Positions 53,607 to 63,201 of a DNA stretch of 64,000 nucleotides are shown here, piece by piece. The position numbers and the translations under genes were made by a program. Below the pieces are notes generated by a model. That model saw only the letters and a list, made by a program, of their open reading frames with translations. It was not told the origin of the DNA and ran no database searches. This stretch comes from Escherichia phage ECO07P2. Position 1 is the first letter of the stretch; each line of letters opens with the position of its first letter. The stretch lies in sequence record OP172785. One strand, given 5' to 3'.

Positions 53607-53636
53607 ATTATACCACATCCTTGTGGTAAAGTAAAC
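53607..53636 (-). promoter_or_regulatory. early-type promoter for rIIA.1-rIIA-rIIB (GTTTAC -35, TGGTATAAT extended -10)
   Basis: minus-strand GTTTAC-18nt-TGGTATAAT (consensus -10). Confidence 0.6.
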
Positions 53637-55456
53637 TACTGACTCATCCATTCTTTACGAAGGTCAGCATTATCTCCCATGAGCATTTCAAAAAGCTCTT
53701 TCCAGTTCTCAGGAAGTTTAACAACATCATATACTGGATTTTGAATCATCTCACGATATTCAGATTTTTCCAAAGAGCCAAGTCCCTTAATATAACGGAT
53801 GCTATGTTTAGGTAGAGCATCTTTAGCACTCTCATATTCAGCGACTGTATAAAACCATTCTTGTTTTTTACCGACCTGAGCGATGATTACAGGAGTTTTG
53901 ACAAAGCGAATTCTTCCTTGTTCAAACAGTTCTGGCCAATTACTGAAAAATCCGAGCAGAGAAGGATAAATGCTTCCTAGACCATCGTGGTCAGCGTCAG
54001 TCATAATAGCAATATTATGATAATTCAAGTTTTCGGCTTTTTCACCAAGAACTAATCCAGTGATTGCGCAAATATCAAACAGTTCTTTGTTTTTAAGCAT
54101 ATCAGCATATGACATACCCCAACTGTTGAGAACTTTACCACGTAATGGATAACCACCATGAAGTTCTTTATCACGAACATCAATAAGATATCCGATAGCG
54201 GAATCACCCTCAGTCAAGAAAAGAGTAGTGTCAGCATCTTTACCACAAAGATTCGCTTTAATATGTTTATGAACCTTAGCTTTAGAAGCCTTTTTAGCTG
54301 CTTTAGTTTCTGCTGCTTTTTCTGCCGCCAATTTACGAGCCAAGGCAGCTTCAATGATTGGCATTAAAATTGCTTCATTGTTTAAAATAGCGCGTGAAAT
54401 CTTTTTAGCATCAAGCTGAATATGACTACGAATTTCACCAAAAGGAGAAGTCAAACGCTCTTTAGTTTGAGAATCAAATCGCATGTTTTTCATATCACGA
54501 ACAAACATAACGATAGTCAAACATTCTTTAACACGTGCTTTAGTTACATCAATTTTAAATTTACGTTTGATTTGTGGAATAAGGTCTTCACAAATATCAT
54601 CCATAACACAGTCAATGTGATGACCACCATTCTTAGTATGAATGTTATTGACGTATGTTAATTGACGAAAACCATCCGGTGAACGACCAACCGCAATAGA
54701 GCAATTTTCCTGTTCTTGAACGATAGCATGCTCATCATACTGGCGTGCATACTTCTTAAAATTGCCCTGAACCTTTTTACCATTAAAGGTAAATTGAATA
54801 TCAGGATAAACTACTGCAAGTGTCTGGAGACGATCTAGTGTAATGTCAAGATAAACTTGGGACAGCTCATTAGTTTCAAATGACATAAAATCAGGAATGA
54901 AAGTAACGCGAGTTCCTTTCCATTTTCCAGGAATAGTTTCCCATGATTTATTTTCCATGCCGTTTGAACAACGAACTACAATATTATTTTGACCGTCGCC
55001 AGTTTCACCGACAAACATCACAGAAAAAATGTTAGTTAAACTAGAACCAACACCGTTCATACCGCCAGTGACGCGTTCTTTGTCATCACCGAAGTTACCA
55101 CCTGCTTTTGGAATAGTCCATGCAGCAACAGGACCAGGAATTTCTTCACCGGTAGGTGTTTTAACCATCGCCTGTGGAATACCACGACCGTTATCTTCAA
55201 CTGTTACTTGATTGTTTTTAATAGTAACATTAATTTTATTCGCGAATTTAAACTTAGTACGAATACCTTCATCTACTGAGTTATCGATAATTTCATCAAT
55301 AAGCTTAACAAGACCAGGTACATACTGAACACTTTCCCATTTACCAAACAGAAAGCGCTCATGCATTTCATTAGCAGAAGAGCCAATATACATGCCGCTA
55401 CGCTTTTTGATATGTTCAATATCGCTCAGAATTTTAATTTCATTCTTAATCATCAC
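53636..55456 (-). CDS. 39: DNA topoisomerase II large (ATPase) subunit, fused gene 39+60 form
   Basis: 606 aa single ORF; GHKL ATPase motifs; C-terminal portion corresponds to the separate gene 60 product of T4. Confidence 0.9.
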   Translation of the reverse strand: MMIKNEIKILSDIEHIKKRSGMYIGSSANEMHERFLFGKWESVQYVPGLVKLIDEIIDNSVDEGIRTKFKFANKINVTIKNNQVTVEDNGRGIPQAMVKTPTGEEIPGPVAAWTIPKAGGNFGDDKERVTGGMNGVGSSLTNIFSVMFVGETGDGQNNIVVRCSNGMENKSWETIPGKWKGTRVTFIPDFMSFETNELSQVYLDITLDRLQTLAVVYPDIQFTFNGKKVQGNFKKYARQYDEHAIVQEQENCSIAVGRSPDGFRQLTYVNNIHTKNGGHHIDCVMDDICEDLIPQIKRKFKIDVTKARVKECLTIVMFVRDMKNMRFDSQTKERLTSPFGEIRSHIQLDAKKISRAILNNEAILMPIIEAALARKLAAEKAAETKAAKKASKAKVHKHIKANLCGKDADTTLFLTEGDSAIGYLIDVRDKELHGGYPLRGKVLNSWGMSYADMLKNKELFDICAITGLVLGEKAENLNYHNIAIMTDADHDGLGSIYPSLLGFFSNWPELFEQGRIRFVKTPVIIAQVGKKQEWFYTVAEYESAKDALPKHSIRYIKGLGSLEKSEYREMIQNPVYDVVKLPENWKELFEMLMGDNADLRKEWMSQ

Positions 55457-55506
55457 TTATCCTCGTTTGGTTTCGGGAATATTATACTCCAGTAATCATA
55501 AAGCTA

Positions 55507-55524
55507 AAGGCCCGAAGGCCTTTT
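55507..55524. terminator. GC hairpin GGCC-CGAA-GGCC upstream of gene 39
   Basis: palindrome aaaggcccgaaggcctttt. Confidence 0.45.
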
Positions 55525-55795
55525 ATTTAAAGCGGATAGTCGAATCCTTGAAGAATAGACCAGAACATACGGTTCCTTCTACTTTCTGCCCGGTAGGTCC
55601 AATAGCACGAAATCCAGTATGTTGGAAATCATTTTCAGAGCAACCGAACCAATTATATCCAGTGATTTCAATATTAGTAAAACCACTTGAAGACAAAACT
55701 TTGGTTGCATTATCAGCATCAGTACATCCTACTAAAGATACTGCTAATACTAATGCCGCGATAGAACGATTAACATATTTCATAATTTCACTCAA
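55523..55795 (-). CDS. putative lipoprotein
   Basis: 90 aa; signal peptide with lipobox LVGC; two further Cys pairs. Confidence 0.5.
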   Translation of the reverse strand: MSEIMKYVNRSIAALVLAVSLVGCTDADNATKVLSSSGFTNIEITGYNWFGCSENDFQHTGFRAIGPTGQKVEGTVCSGLFFKDSTIRFK

Positions 55796-56159
55796 ATTTA
55801 ATGGCTTGAAGGAGACTAATAATTCTCAAGCGACTTCTTTCATCTTTAACTGTAAAAGAAAGAGGGTCACCAGATTTCATAGTGATGGTGCATCCAAAAT
55901 CAAAATCTTCTGTAACTTCTTCGAATAGGTCAAACTCTTCATCATAAATTAGAACATTACTCTGAAAACTGTGAAGAATTTTTCCATCATTTCCAGATGC
56001 TGTACTAATCATTGTAACATTATTACCCTTCATATCTTCAACGATAAATTCGCTTGTAGATATTACATTACTAATAGAACCATTCCTATAAATAGCAGAA
56101 AATAGATATTTCTTTTCTTCGCCTTCGCGAATACGATACTTCTTACCGATTTTAAACAT
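55788..56159 (-). CDS. hypothetical protein
   Basis: 123 aa ORF. Confidence 0.5.
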   Translation of the reverse strand: MFKIGKKYRIREGEEKKYLFSAIYRNGSISNVISTSEFIVEDMKGNNVTMISTASGNDGKILHSFQSNVLIYDEEFDLFEEVTEDFDFGCTITMKSGDPLSFTVKDERSRLRIISLLQAIKFE

Positions 56160-56161
56160 AA

Positions 56162-56338
56162 TTACCCTTTAAGTAAGTCGTAAAAACCGCCATTCACATG
56201 CTTAGGAGCAGAAGGCCGACGAATAGACAGACGATGACATTTAGGGCAAACATCATTTTCTCGTTCAGAAATCTTTTTAATTTTTTCATATTCATGCCCG
56301 CAATCTTCGGATTGGCATTTATAATCATACATTGGCAT
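56162..56338 (-). CDS. zinc-ribbon micro-protein (not in ORF track)
   Basis: 58 aa MPMYDYKCQSEDCGHEYEKIKKISERENDVCPKCH...; CxxC...CxxC pattern. Confidence 0.45.
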   Translation of the reverse strand: MPMYDYKCQSEDCGHEYEKIKKISERENDVCPKCHRLSIRRPSAPKHVNGGFYDLLKG

Positions 56339-56340
56339 AA

Positions 56341-56745
56341 TTATTCCTTAAAATGTGCTTTTAACATCTGATACAAGGACCATGCATGTTCATTATTTTC
56401 AATAGTAACTTTCATTACCGGGAATTCTGTGAAATCTTCTATCTGTTCTTGCTCTTCAGAAGCTTGGTATGGATTTTCCACTTCATCAAAGAACTCAGCT
56501 TCGTTAGTAGAGAGCCAAATAAAGTTTTCGTCAAGGATATCAGCGCCGGCACAACGTTTGAGTACACCTGTGGATGTCACAATTTTAGTAGGACGACTGA
56601 GATGGTCAACATCTAAAATTTTAAAAGGTTCCATACCTAAACGTCGTGCGTAGATTCCGTTATCAGTATGGTCTTTAATAAAAGCTTCTTGAGCTTGTTT
56701 ATTTTTAAATTGATACCATTTATTAACTTCAAATCTAATAGCCAT
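56341..56745 (-). CDS. hypothetical protein
   Basis: 134 aa ORF. Confidence 0.5.
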   Translation of the reverse strand: MAIRFEVNKWYQFKNKQAQEAFIKDHTDNGIYARRLGMEPFKILDVDHLSRPTKIVTSTGVLKRCAGADILDENFIWLSTNEAEFFDEVENPYQASEEQEQIEDFTEFPVMKVTIENNEHAWSLYQMLKAHFKE

Positions 56746-56960
56746 TAATAAATTTCCTTCCAGTAAGTTGTACCGTCTTCAGTGATTTCACGGAATACAC
56801 CATAAATCGGTTGTTTATCACCAACCTTTTCATACACATAAACCGAAGTCAAGTGAGTAAACTTGATGGTGTGTTCCTTTTGAACTACTACCAAATCTGG
56901 ATCGAATAATACATCTTCAAATTCGTCATTAGTGCAATTCTGAACAATTTTATGTTTCAT
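56745..56960 (-). CDS. hypothetical protein (size and position consistent with T4 cef)
   Basis: 71 aa ORF. Confidence 0.4.
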   Translation of the reverse strand: MKHKIVQNCTNDEFEDVLFDPDLVVVQKEHTIKFTHLTSVYVYEKVGDKQPIYGVFREITEDGTTYWKEIY

Positions 56961-56973
56961 TACAATTTCCTCA

Positions 56974-57255
56974 TTAATTGAACAGTGGAGCGATGCGTTT
57001 CAGAAGAGTAGCAGCACCTTTGGCAAATTTTACATCATGAAAAACAGTTTCTTCTTCCGTTACAACACGAACTTTAATGTTTTCACAATCCCAATTTTTG
57101 CGAACAATCTTCAAAAGCTGCAGTAAATCTTTACATTCAGCAATATCGATAACACATCCACGAGAATCTTCCATTATCGCACGATAACCATAAGCCATAC
57201 CATAATCGTTGAAAGATTGTTCGATGATAATTAAGTTTTCCATTTTATTCTCCAA
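56974..57255 (-). CDS. hypothetical protein
   Basis: 93 aa ORF; promoter-like TGGTACTAT upstream at 57287-57295. Confidence 0.5.
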   Translation of the reverse strand: MENKMENLIIIEQSFNDYGMAYGYRAIMEDSRGCVIDIAECKDLLQLLKIVRKNWDCENIKVRVVTEEETVFHDVKFAKGAATLLKRIAPLFN

Positions 57256-57286
57256 GTTGTTTTCTGTATCAGTAGTTGATAGTTGT

Positions 57287-57316
57287 ATAGTACCATAATC
57301 AACTACTGATGTATAT
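57287..57316 (-). promoter_or_regulatory. early-type promoter (TGGTACTAT extended -10, weak -35)
   Basis: same agttgatagttgtatagtacca cassette as other early promoters. Confidence 0.4.
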
Positions 57317-57339
57317 AGTTTTATGAAAAAATTTAAACT

Positions 57340-57837
57340 TTATGCACAACGAGCTTTGCTGTAGTGTTTAATCCAACTTTCAGGAATGACTTTGTATGTT
57401 CCTAAAAATACCGCGTTGTACAGCTTAACACCATCTTCTACCCACTGATCGGTAATGTATGCGCACATAGCACGAGTACGGTGTTTTTGAACAACCCCTT
57501 CCTCATCTTCAGTAAATTCGAATTCATAAGGAGCAACGAACTTAATAGCTTGACCGAGTTTCCACTTAAAGTCTACACCTACATGCGAAGTATCAATCGT
57601 TTCAATTCCTTTAGCAGGAACAGCTTTCAAAAACGCAGATTCAAGAAATTTCGCACGAACATAGCCAAACTGGGGTTTAGACTTTCCATCTTTAGGAATG
57701 ATACGCACTTTTACTTCAGAATCTTCATCTTTAACGCCATGTTTAAGCTGAATGCTTACAATTTCGACCAATTTTCCTGCTGCTTTAGAACGGGATTTAT
57801 CAGATACACGAGCTAATTCACCAATATTAATAATCAT
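57340..57837 (-). CDS. hypothetical protein, MotB-position
   Basis: 165 aa; C-terminal motif ITDQWVEDGVKLYNAVF shared with next ORF. Confidence 0.5.
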   Translation of the reverse strand: MIINIGELARVSDKSRSKAAGKLVEIVSIQLKHGVKDEDSEVKVRIIPKDGKSKPQFGYVRAKFLESAFLKAVPAKGIETIDTSHVGVDFKWKLGQAIKFVAPYEFEFTEDEEGVVQKHRTRAMCAYITDQWVEDGVKLYNAVFLGTYKVIPESWIKHYSKARCA

Positions 57838-57881
57838 AGTTATCTCTCACTTGTTAAAAAGATTTTATACTCCACAGGACC

Positions 57882-57911
57882 ATTATACTCTGGTCCCAAG
57901 AGTTTGTAAAC
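57882..57911 (-). promoter_or_regulatory. early-type promoter (GTTTAC -35, TATAAT -10)
   Basis: minus-strand GTTTAC ... GAGTATAAT. Confidence 0.45.
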
Positions 57912-58345
57912 TAGCTTACACGAACATTAATCACTGCGCTGCGAGGAACTACAGAGTATTCTCCAGCATGAACTACATTAAGAAGTTCAACGCCATCTTC
58001 AATCCATTGGTCAGTTACCCAACCACCAATCGGATTCGCAAATGGACGACGAATGTAAACCGCCTTACACAACAAATCAGTCGGATCTTCAGGTTTTTCA
58101 ATTTCTGTCAATAGATTAAAATCTTCTTCATAGATGATAAATGATGATACTGTTCCATGATAGTTTCTAATTTCCATGTACACTGTACCAATAAGAATTC
58201 CGCTATTAACGCTAATAACAGTAAAAGGATACCCATAAGTTACACCAAGAAGGTCCCAAAACTTACCATAAGTCGTATTAGACATTGTTGATAAATCAAT
58301 TTTAGGGGATTTTTTCAATTTGTAAACAGTATTAATTTTAATCAT
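57911..58345 (-). CDS. hypothetical protein, paralog of 57340-57837
   Basis: 144 aa; C-terminal WVTDQWIEDGVELLNVV homologous to neighbour. Confidence 0.5.
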   Translation of the reverse strand: MIKINTVYKLKKSPKIDLSTMSNTTYGKFWDLLGVTYGYPFTVISVNSGILIGTVYMEIRNYHGTVSSFIIYEEDFNLLTEIEKPEDPTDLLCKAVYIRRPFANPIGGWVTDQWIEDGVELLNVVHAGEYSVVPRSAVINVRVS

Positions 58346-58355
58346 GATTTTCTCT

Positions 58356-58859
58356 TTAGTCTAAAGTAATAAAGCCTTTTAATTCAGCATGCGATTTACG
58401 GAACATTACTTGGTGTCCGCCAATTATAACTTCATCTTCAGGAACTTCGTATACAGCGAGATAAAATCCTTTAGAAGATAATTCTTCACGCTCTTCTCGA
58501 GTGAACCATCTCATCATATCATATTCACTAGCGAAAGCAAAATGATAAAGAGCTATAAACCATCCTGGAATATAGTGATCTACGCCTACATATTCCTCTT
58601 TCTCAAATTTAGTATTAATTGCTATATTAGCATTTTTAACTAATAATTTGTCTTCGCGCGGAAGAGGAATTCTTTTGTTATCATTACTATGATGTGTAAA
58701 ATTAGGTCTATCATAACCTACGTGTAATAACCACTCTTCGCTCCATGAATCTATTATACTCCTGTATGGAGTTATTTGAACACAAAGATTTCGACGTATT
58801 GTTATAGCATCTTCACAATTAAGAATACTAAACGATGATTCAACACGATAAATTTTCAT
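58356..58859 (-). CDS. hypothetical protein (dexA.1 position)
   Basis: 167 aa from MKIYRVESS with SD GAGGA; longer track start lies inside promoter 58887-58916. Confidence 0.5.
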   Translation of the reverse strand: MKIYRVESSFSILNCEDAITIRRNLCVQITPYRSIIDSWSEEWLLHVGYDRPNFTHHSNDNKRIPLPREDKLLVKNANIAINTKFEKEEYVGVDHYIPGWFIALYHFAFASEYDMMRWFTREEREELSSKGFYLAVYEVPEDEVIIGGHQVMFRKSHAELKGFITLD

Positions 58860-58886
58860 TTTATTATCCTCAGTAGCTATGGTGTT

Positions 58887-58916
58887 ATAATACCACAACT
58901 AACCGAGGAAGTAAAC
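58887..58916 (-). promoter_or_regulatory. early-type promoter (GTTTAC -35, TGGTATTAT extended -10)
   Basis: minus-strand GTTTAC-18nt-TGGTATTAT. Confidence 0.5.
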
Positions 58917-58922
58917 AACTTT

Positions 58923-59606
58923 TTATCGTTTTGTTGGAAGGGATAGAGGATCGCAATCTTCCTCTGACGGAGCATCTTCAAGACCCATAGCATATCGTAA
59001 AGCATACTTCATCATCAGGATGTCTTTCGCACAGTCATGAATAGAATCATGTGCAACGAATCCATCTAAAGTTCCCTTTGGAAGAGGACACGTGGTCATA
59101 TCACGAACAAGAAGAAGTGCTTCAATTCTGGTACGAATATCACGCTGATTCCAGAATTTACATGGTTCTAACTTAAATGTGTCAAGTTCATTCTCAGAAA
59201 CGCCATTAAGACGTTGAATATCGCGAATGAGATCGACTAAAATTGGAAAATCAAACGACATTCCACGGCACCAGCCTTGAGATTTCCAAGGATCAATATT
59301 ATGTGCATTGATGTAATCATTAAATTTTGCAATACCATCGATAGTGCTTACATCTTCATCTGATGGTGCAATATTTTTTCGAGCTTCAGGAGACTGATTT
59401 TTCCACCATTCAATAGTGCTTTTAGTAAAAAGACGATGTCCTTTTTGGCTTTTTAAATCAAATTTGATTTTAATGCCGCGCGAAACTAATTCATCAAATG
59501 TTTCAACTACTTCTGGATTAGGGTCAAAGGCAATAACAGCCAAATCAATAACAGCTGCCTTTTCACCGCTTCCCATTGTTTCAAAATCTATAATAAAATC
59601 AAACAT
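58923..59606 (-). CDS. dexA: exonuclease A (DEDDh 3'-5' exonuclease)
   Basis: 227 aa; N-terminal FDFIIDFETMG exonuclease motif I. Confidence 0.85.
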   Translation of the reverse strand: MFDFIIDFETMGSGEKAAVIDLAVIAFDPNPEVVETFDELVSRGIKIKFDLKSQKGHRLFTKSTIEWWKNQSPEARKNIAPSDEDVSTIDGIAKFNDYINAHNIDPWKSQGWCRGMSFDFPILVDLIRDIQRLNGVSENELDTFKLEPCKFWNQRDIRTRIEALLLVRDMTTCPLPKGTLDGFVAHDSIHDCAKDILMMKYALRYAMGLEDAPSEEDCDPLSLPTKR

Positions 59607-59848
59607 TAAATTTTCCTCGCTAAATCGCGAATTTGACCTACAGTATAATCTTGGATATAAACTTTATTAATGGGCTCATCAATAAATTTTGCCATAGATT
59701 CAATATCTTTTTGTATCTCTTCAAGACTGTATACTATCTTTGAAGCTTTTTCGCGAATAGTAACATTATCAGGTCCTGAATTTTCTTGAATGACAGCTTT
59801 AACACTTGCCATAAGAGATTTAAACTGGTGCAAACTTAATTCAATCAT
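59606..59848 (-). CDS. hypothetical protein
   Basis: 80 aa; paralogous to the adjacent 81-aa ORF. Confidence 0.5.
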   Translation of the reverse strand: MIELSLHQFKSLMASVKAVIQENSGPDNVTIREKASKIVYSLEEIQKDIESMAKFIDEPINKVYIQDYTVGQIRDLARKI

Positions 59849-60086
59849 TAATAACCGCCTTATAAAGATGGCTAATTTCGCCTAAAACATAATCACTGAT
59901 TGTAACAGTTTTCACTTCACCGCAAAAGAATTCTAACGCAATCAAATCTCGTTCAATTTCTTCCAATTGAAGCATTAACTTGCCTGATTCAATTTTCACG
60001 TTTTTGCGATTTTTACTATAAGCTATTTCATAAATTTCGCTTACTTTATCTTGGAGCAGATAAAACTGATCTTTAGTTATTTCCAC
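59841..60086 (-). CDS. hypothetical protein
   Basis: 81 aa; tandem paralog of previous ORF. Confidence 0.5.
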   Translation of the reverse strand: MEITKDQFYLLQDKVSEIYEIAYSKNRKNVKIESGKLMLQLEEIERDLIALEFFCGEVKTVTISDYVLGEISHLYKAVIND

Positions 60087-60107
60087 GAATAGATTCCTCG
60101 AATTTAA

Positions 60108-61427
60108 TCATACGTAAAACACATCATAACGACCACGTGTTACACCAACATAAAGAAGCTGCTGAGCTAGTTCAGCATCTGCATAATGAATACAAGGCGT
60201 ATAGATAAAAGCACGGTCTACAGACATGCCCTGAGCTTTGTGGAATGTTGATGCAGGAAGTGCTTTCACTTTACTAAACTGCGATTTAGCATCCCAAAAA
60301 TCACTCCATGGAGCTTTTCCACCTTTATTCCAATTTTTATAAGTTTCTGCCGTTTTACCTAAAAATAAGTTAAACTTATACAGCTCTTCATCAGATGAAA
60401 TTATTTTAATCTTTTCACGATAATATTCATCATCGCCGTAAGTTTCTACTGTTAAATCCCAATGACGAATTAGATATTCTCCAGGAACACCACGAGCTTT
60501 AACAAATGTTGATGTATACTCTGCTTCTATAATACGAACTAATTGTCCGTTATTAAAAATAATTTCTGACACAGGCTTTCCATCAATTTTATATGTTTTA
60601 ATTAATGGTTCCTGCATTACAATAATTTCACCAACGATAAAATCTTTATCAGTTTCAAAAATCTTTTTGCGAATAATGCTATTTAACTTGTCAACAGATT
60701 TATTCGTAAATGCCATTACGCGATTTTCAAACAAATCATCTAGTGATTTTACGATTGAAAAATAATTTACCATAAAATCGCGTAAAGCGGTATCACCAGT
60801 AAATCCACGTACTCCATGCCCGTCAACAATTTTATCATAAATCCACTTACCATTACGAACATCAGTAGCTACATCAATAATAGGAGCATTACTGCGTTTA
60901 ACTTCAGTGAGTTCACACTGATAAAAATCTTTATGTGTAAAGAATGGACTGATATAAGCAGTGTTTTCTCCTGGGTCAACAGGTCTAATTTGCTTATTAT
61001 CACCTATTCCAATTATAGTACACCATGGTGGAATAGTTGAAAGCAAAATTTTAAATAGCTTTCTATCATACATTGACACTTCGTCGCAGATTAATACTCT
61101 GCATTTAGCCAAATCCGGTACTTCTTTTTGCTCAAAAAGAACGTTTTCTTCATATGTTACTGGGTTAATTTTGAGAATACTGTGAATAGTACTCGCTTCT
61201 TTCCCTGACAGTTTTGAAAGAATCTTTTTAGCTGCATGAGTAGGAGCTGCTAAAATAATGCCAGTTTCGCCAGTAGATATTAAGGCTTCAATGATGAACT
61301 TAGTAAGAGTAGTCTTACCAGTACCAGCAGGTCCATTAATAGTTACATGATGTTTCTTTTCTTTGATAGCCCTCATAACGATGTTAAAGGCATTTTTCTG
61401 GCCTTCAGTCAAATCATCAAATGTCAT
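60108..61427 (-). CDS. dda: Dda DNA helicase (SF1B)
   Basis: 439 aa; Walker A GPAGTGKTT, DEVSM Walker B. Confidence 0.95.
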   Translation of the reverse strand: MTFDDLTEGQKNAFNIVMRAIKEKKHHVTINGPAGTGKTTLTKFIIEALISTGETGIILAAPTHAAKKILSKLSGKEASTIHSILKINPVTYEENVLFEQKEVPDLAKCRVLICDEVSMYDRKLFKILLSTIPPWCTIIGIGDNKQIRPVDPGENTAYISPFFTHKDFYQCELTEVKRSNAPIIDVATDVRNGKWIYDKIVDGHGVRGFTGDTALRDFMVNYFSIVKSLDDLFENRVMAFTNKSVDKLNSIIRKKIFETDKDFIVGEIIVMQEPLIKTYKIDGKPVSEIIFNNGQLVRIIEAEYTSTFVKARGVPGEYLIRHWDLTVETYGDDEYYREKIKIISSDEELYKFNLFLGKTAETYKNWNKGGKAPWSDFWDAKSQFSKVKALPASTFHKAQGMSVDRAFIYTPCIHYADAELAQQLLYVGVTRGRYDVFYV

Positions 61428-61735
61428 CGTAAATTCCCTGCAATTGGTATACTAACAATACGCCCAGTATCTAAAATTCGCCGATATAATCTTTGCGTGT
61501 CTACATCAGGCTTAACGTGTTTAACTTCTATTTTATTAAACCAAAACTTGCGTGGAGTCTCAACTAATCTCGGAATTCCCATACCTAAAGCTAGTCGATA
61601 CTGCTCTTTAAGAGTTGTAAAAACTTTATCAGCAATCTCCCTTTCAAAAAATACAGCAGGACGATGTTCATCAAGCGGAACAGGCACCGCAAATCCATCT
61701 TTATCTCTATACACTATCGCATATACATAAAACAT
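61424..61735 (-). CDS. hypothetical protein (dda.1 position)
   Basis: 103 aa ORF. Confidence 0.5.
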   Translation of the reverse strand: MFYVYAIVYRDKDGFAVPVPLDEHRPAVFFEREIADKVFTTLKEQYRLALGMGIPRLVETPRKFWFNKIEVKHVKPDVDTQRLYRRILDTGRIVSIPIAGNLR

Positions 61736-61736
61736 A

Positions 61737-62483
61737 TTATCCTCGGATAAGTTTAAAAATTGAACAATTTAGCGGGTATCCTCTTTTCAGTTTAAGTTTA
61801 TCAATAAAAGACAAGTTTTGATACCGCTCTACACCTTGAATAATTTTATCACACATATCATATTGCATTTCTGCTTCTGACAACTTTTTCACGGTTTTCC
61901 AATCCGAGCCTTTAAGAAGAACGTTCAATTTAACAACTTCAGCGCCTTCTGCTATACGAGAACCATCAATACGAGCTTTGAGTGCTATAATCGTTAGCTT
62001 AACGTCAGAAGTTTGTTTTGATTTAGAAAGCTGAGAAATGTGCTCAATTCGGTTTTCACGTTTTTTCTGTATAGCTTTAATTTGATTATAAGTCTTTTTG
62101 ATTTTAGCCCATTTCTTTTCATCTAAATTTAGTTTATGAACTTTTTTCGCAGATGAACGACCAATTCGCAAAGCAAATAAATCACGCTTTTCAATCAACT
62201 CTTCTAAAGTATAATCAGAACGAAATGTATTATACTTTTTCTTTACTGCAATAACATTCCCTTTAATGTATCCAACGTTATTATCAAAACGTTCTAATGA
62301 TAATTTCTCTCCTTCAATACGATTATCAAAAGGTTCTCCTGAGTAAGCGCAAACTTTCTGATCTAAAATGTTCTTAATGTAATTGAAGTCTAAGTTAAAA
62401 TCTTTAGAACGTCTTTTGGCAGATGCCTGAGTGTGCTCTAGACGACGTGTAATTTTACGAATTTGATTATTAGACAGTTTCAT
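61737..62483 (-). CDS. basic protein in srd position (possible Srd, sigma-like regulator)
   Basis: 248 aa Lys/Arg-rich; lies between dda and modA as srd does in T4. Confidence 0.45.
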   Translation of the reverse strand: MKLSNNQIRKITRRLEHTQASAKRRSKDFNLDFNYIKNILDQKVCAYSGEPFDNRIEGEKLSLERFDNNVGYIKGNVIAVKKKYNTFRSDYTLEELIEKRDLFALRIGRSSAKKVHKLNLDEKKWAKIKKTYNQIKAIQKKRENRIEHISQLSKSKQTSDVKLTIIALKARIDGSRIAEGAEVVKLNVLLKGSDWKTVKKLSEAEMQYDMCDKIIQGVERYQNLSFIDKLKLKRGYPLNCSIFKLIRG

Positions 62484-62512
62484 ATTTTTCTCACGGACGG
62501 TTAACTACTTAT

Positions 62513-62542
62513 ACTATAACATTTTTACTTCAGCTTGTAAAC
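62513..62542 (-). promoter_or_regulatory. early-type promoter (GTTTAC -35, TGTTATAGT extended -10)
   Basis: minus-strand GTTTAC-18nt-TGTTATAGT. Confidence 0.5.
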
Positions 62543-62598
62543 AACTTTATGAAAAATGCTTTAAAACTTTCATGGTATAATGAATCTAAGTCCTTCCA

Positions 62599-63201
62599 TT
62601 ATAGATTAAATCCTTCAAAATCAAGAGTATAGATAGTGTATGTTGAATACTTTTTATACTCGTATCTATCAGCAATTCTAAATACACTTCCAGCTGGTAT
62701 CATTACTTCTTGTTCATCTGAAACTAATTCCATATTACGATAACGGTGGCTATCTGGAAACTTAAAACTTGGACTATATTCTTTACAACGTAAAGCTTTT
62801 ATAGCATACTCCTGGAAATTAAACACCATAGGAGCTTTGAATTCAAAAATAACTTGCGTGTTGTATTCTAATCCAGAAGCAAAATGTAGAGCTATATTTT
62901 TATCATATGAAGCTGATACTACTTTATCAAATGTAATAATATCAATTCCTTGATTTAACACCTGCTTAGTCTCAACTGGAACACCTCTCCAAAGAGGTTT
63001 ATCGTTTGGAACCAAACGAGATTTGATTATTTCATTTAACCAAGAATGATCGTCTGGCTTATTAGTAATACAATGAATTAAAAGTTCAATTTCGGATAAA
63101 TTAAATCCTTCAGAAAGTAATTCTTCACGAATAGAAGCACGCACAGATGCATCCATTGATTTGATTTTAAAATCTTTTAATTGCATTGCTGAATATTTCA
63201 T
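62599..63201 (-). CDS. modA: ModA mono-ADP-ribosyltransferase
   Basis: 200 aa; R-S-E ART motifs LWRG, SAS, EQEVMIP. Confidence 0.85.
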   Translation of the reverse strand: MKYSAMQLKDFKIKSMDASVRASIREELLSEGFNLSEIELLIHCITNKPDDHSWLNEIIKSRLVPNDKPLWRGVPVETKQVLNQGIDIITFDKVVSASYDKNIALHFASGLEYNTQVIFEFKAPMVFNFQEYAIKALRCKEYSPSFKFPDSHRYRNMELVSDEQEVMIPAGSVFRIADRYEYKKYSTYTIYTLDFEGFNL

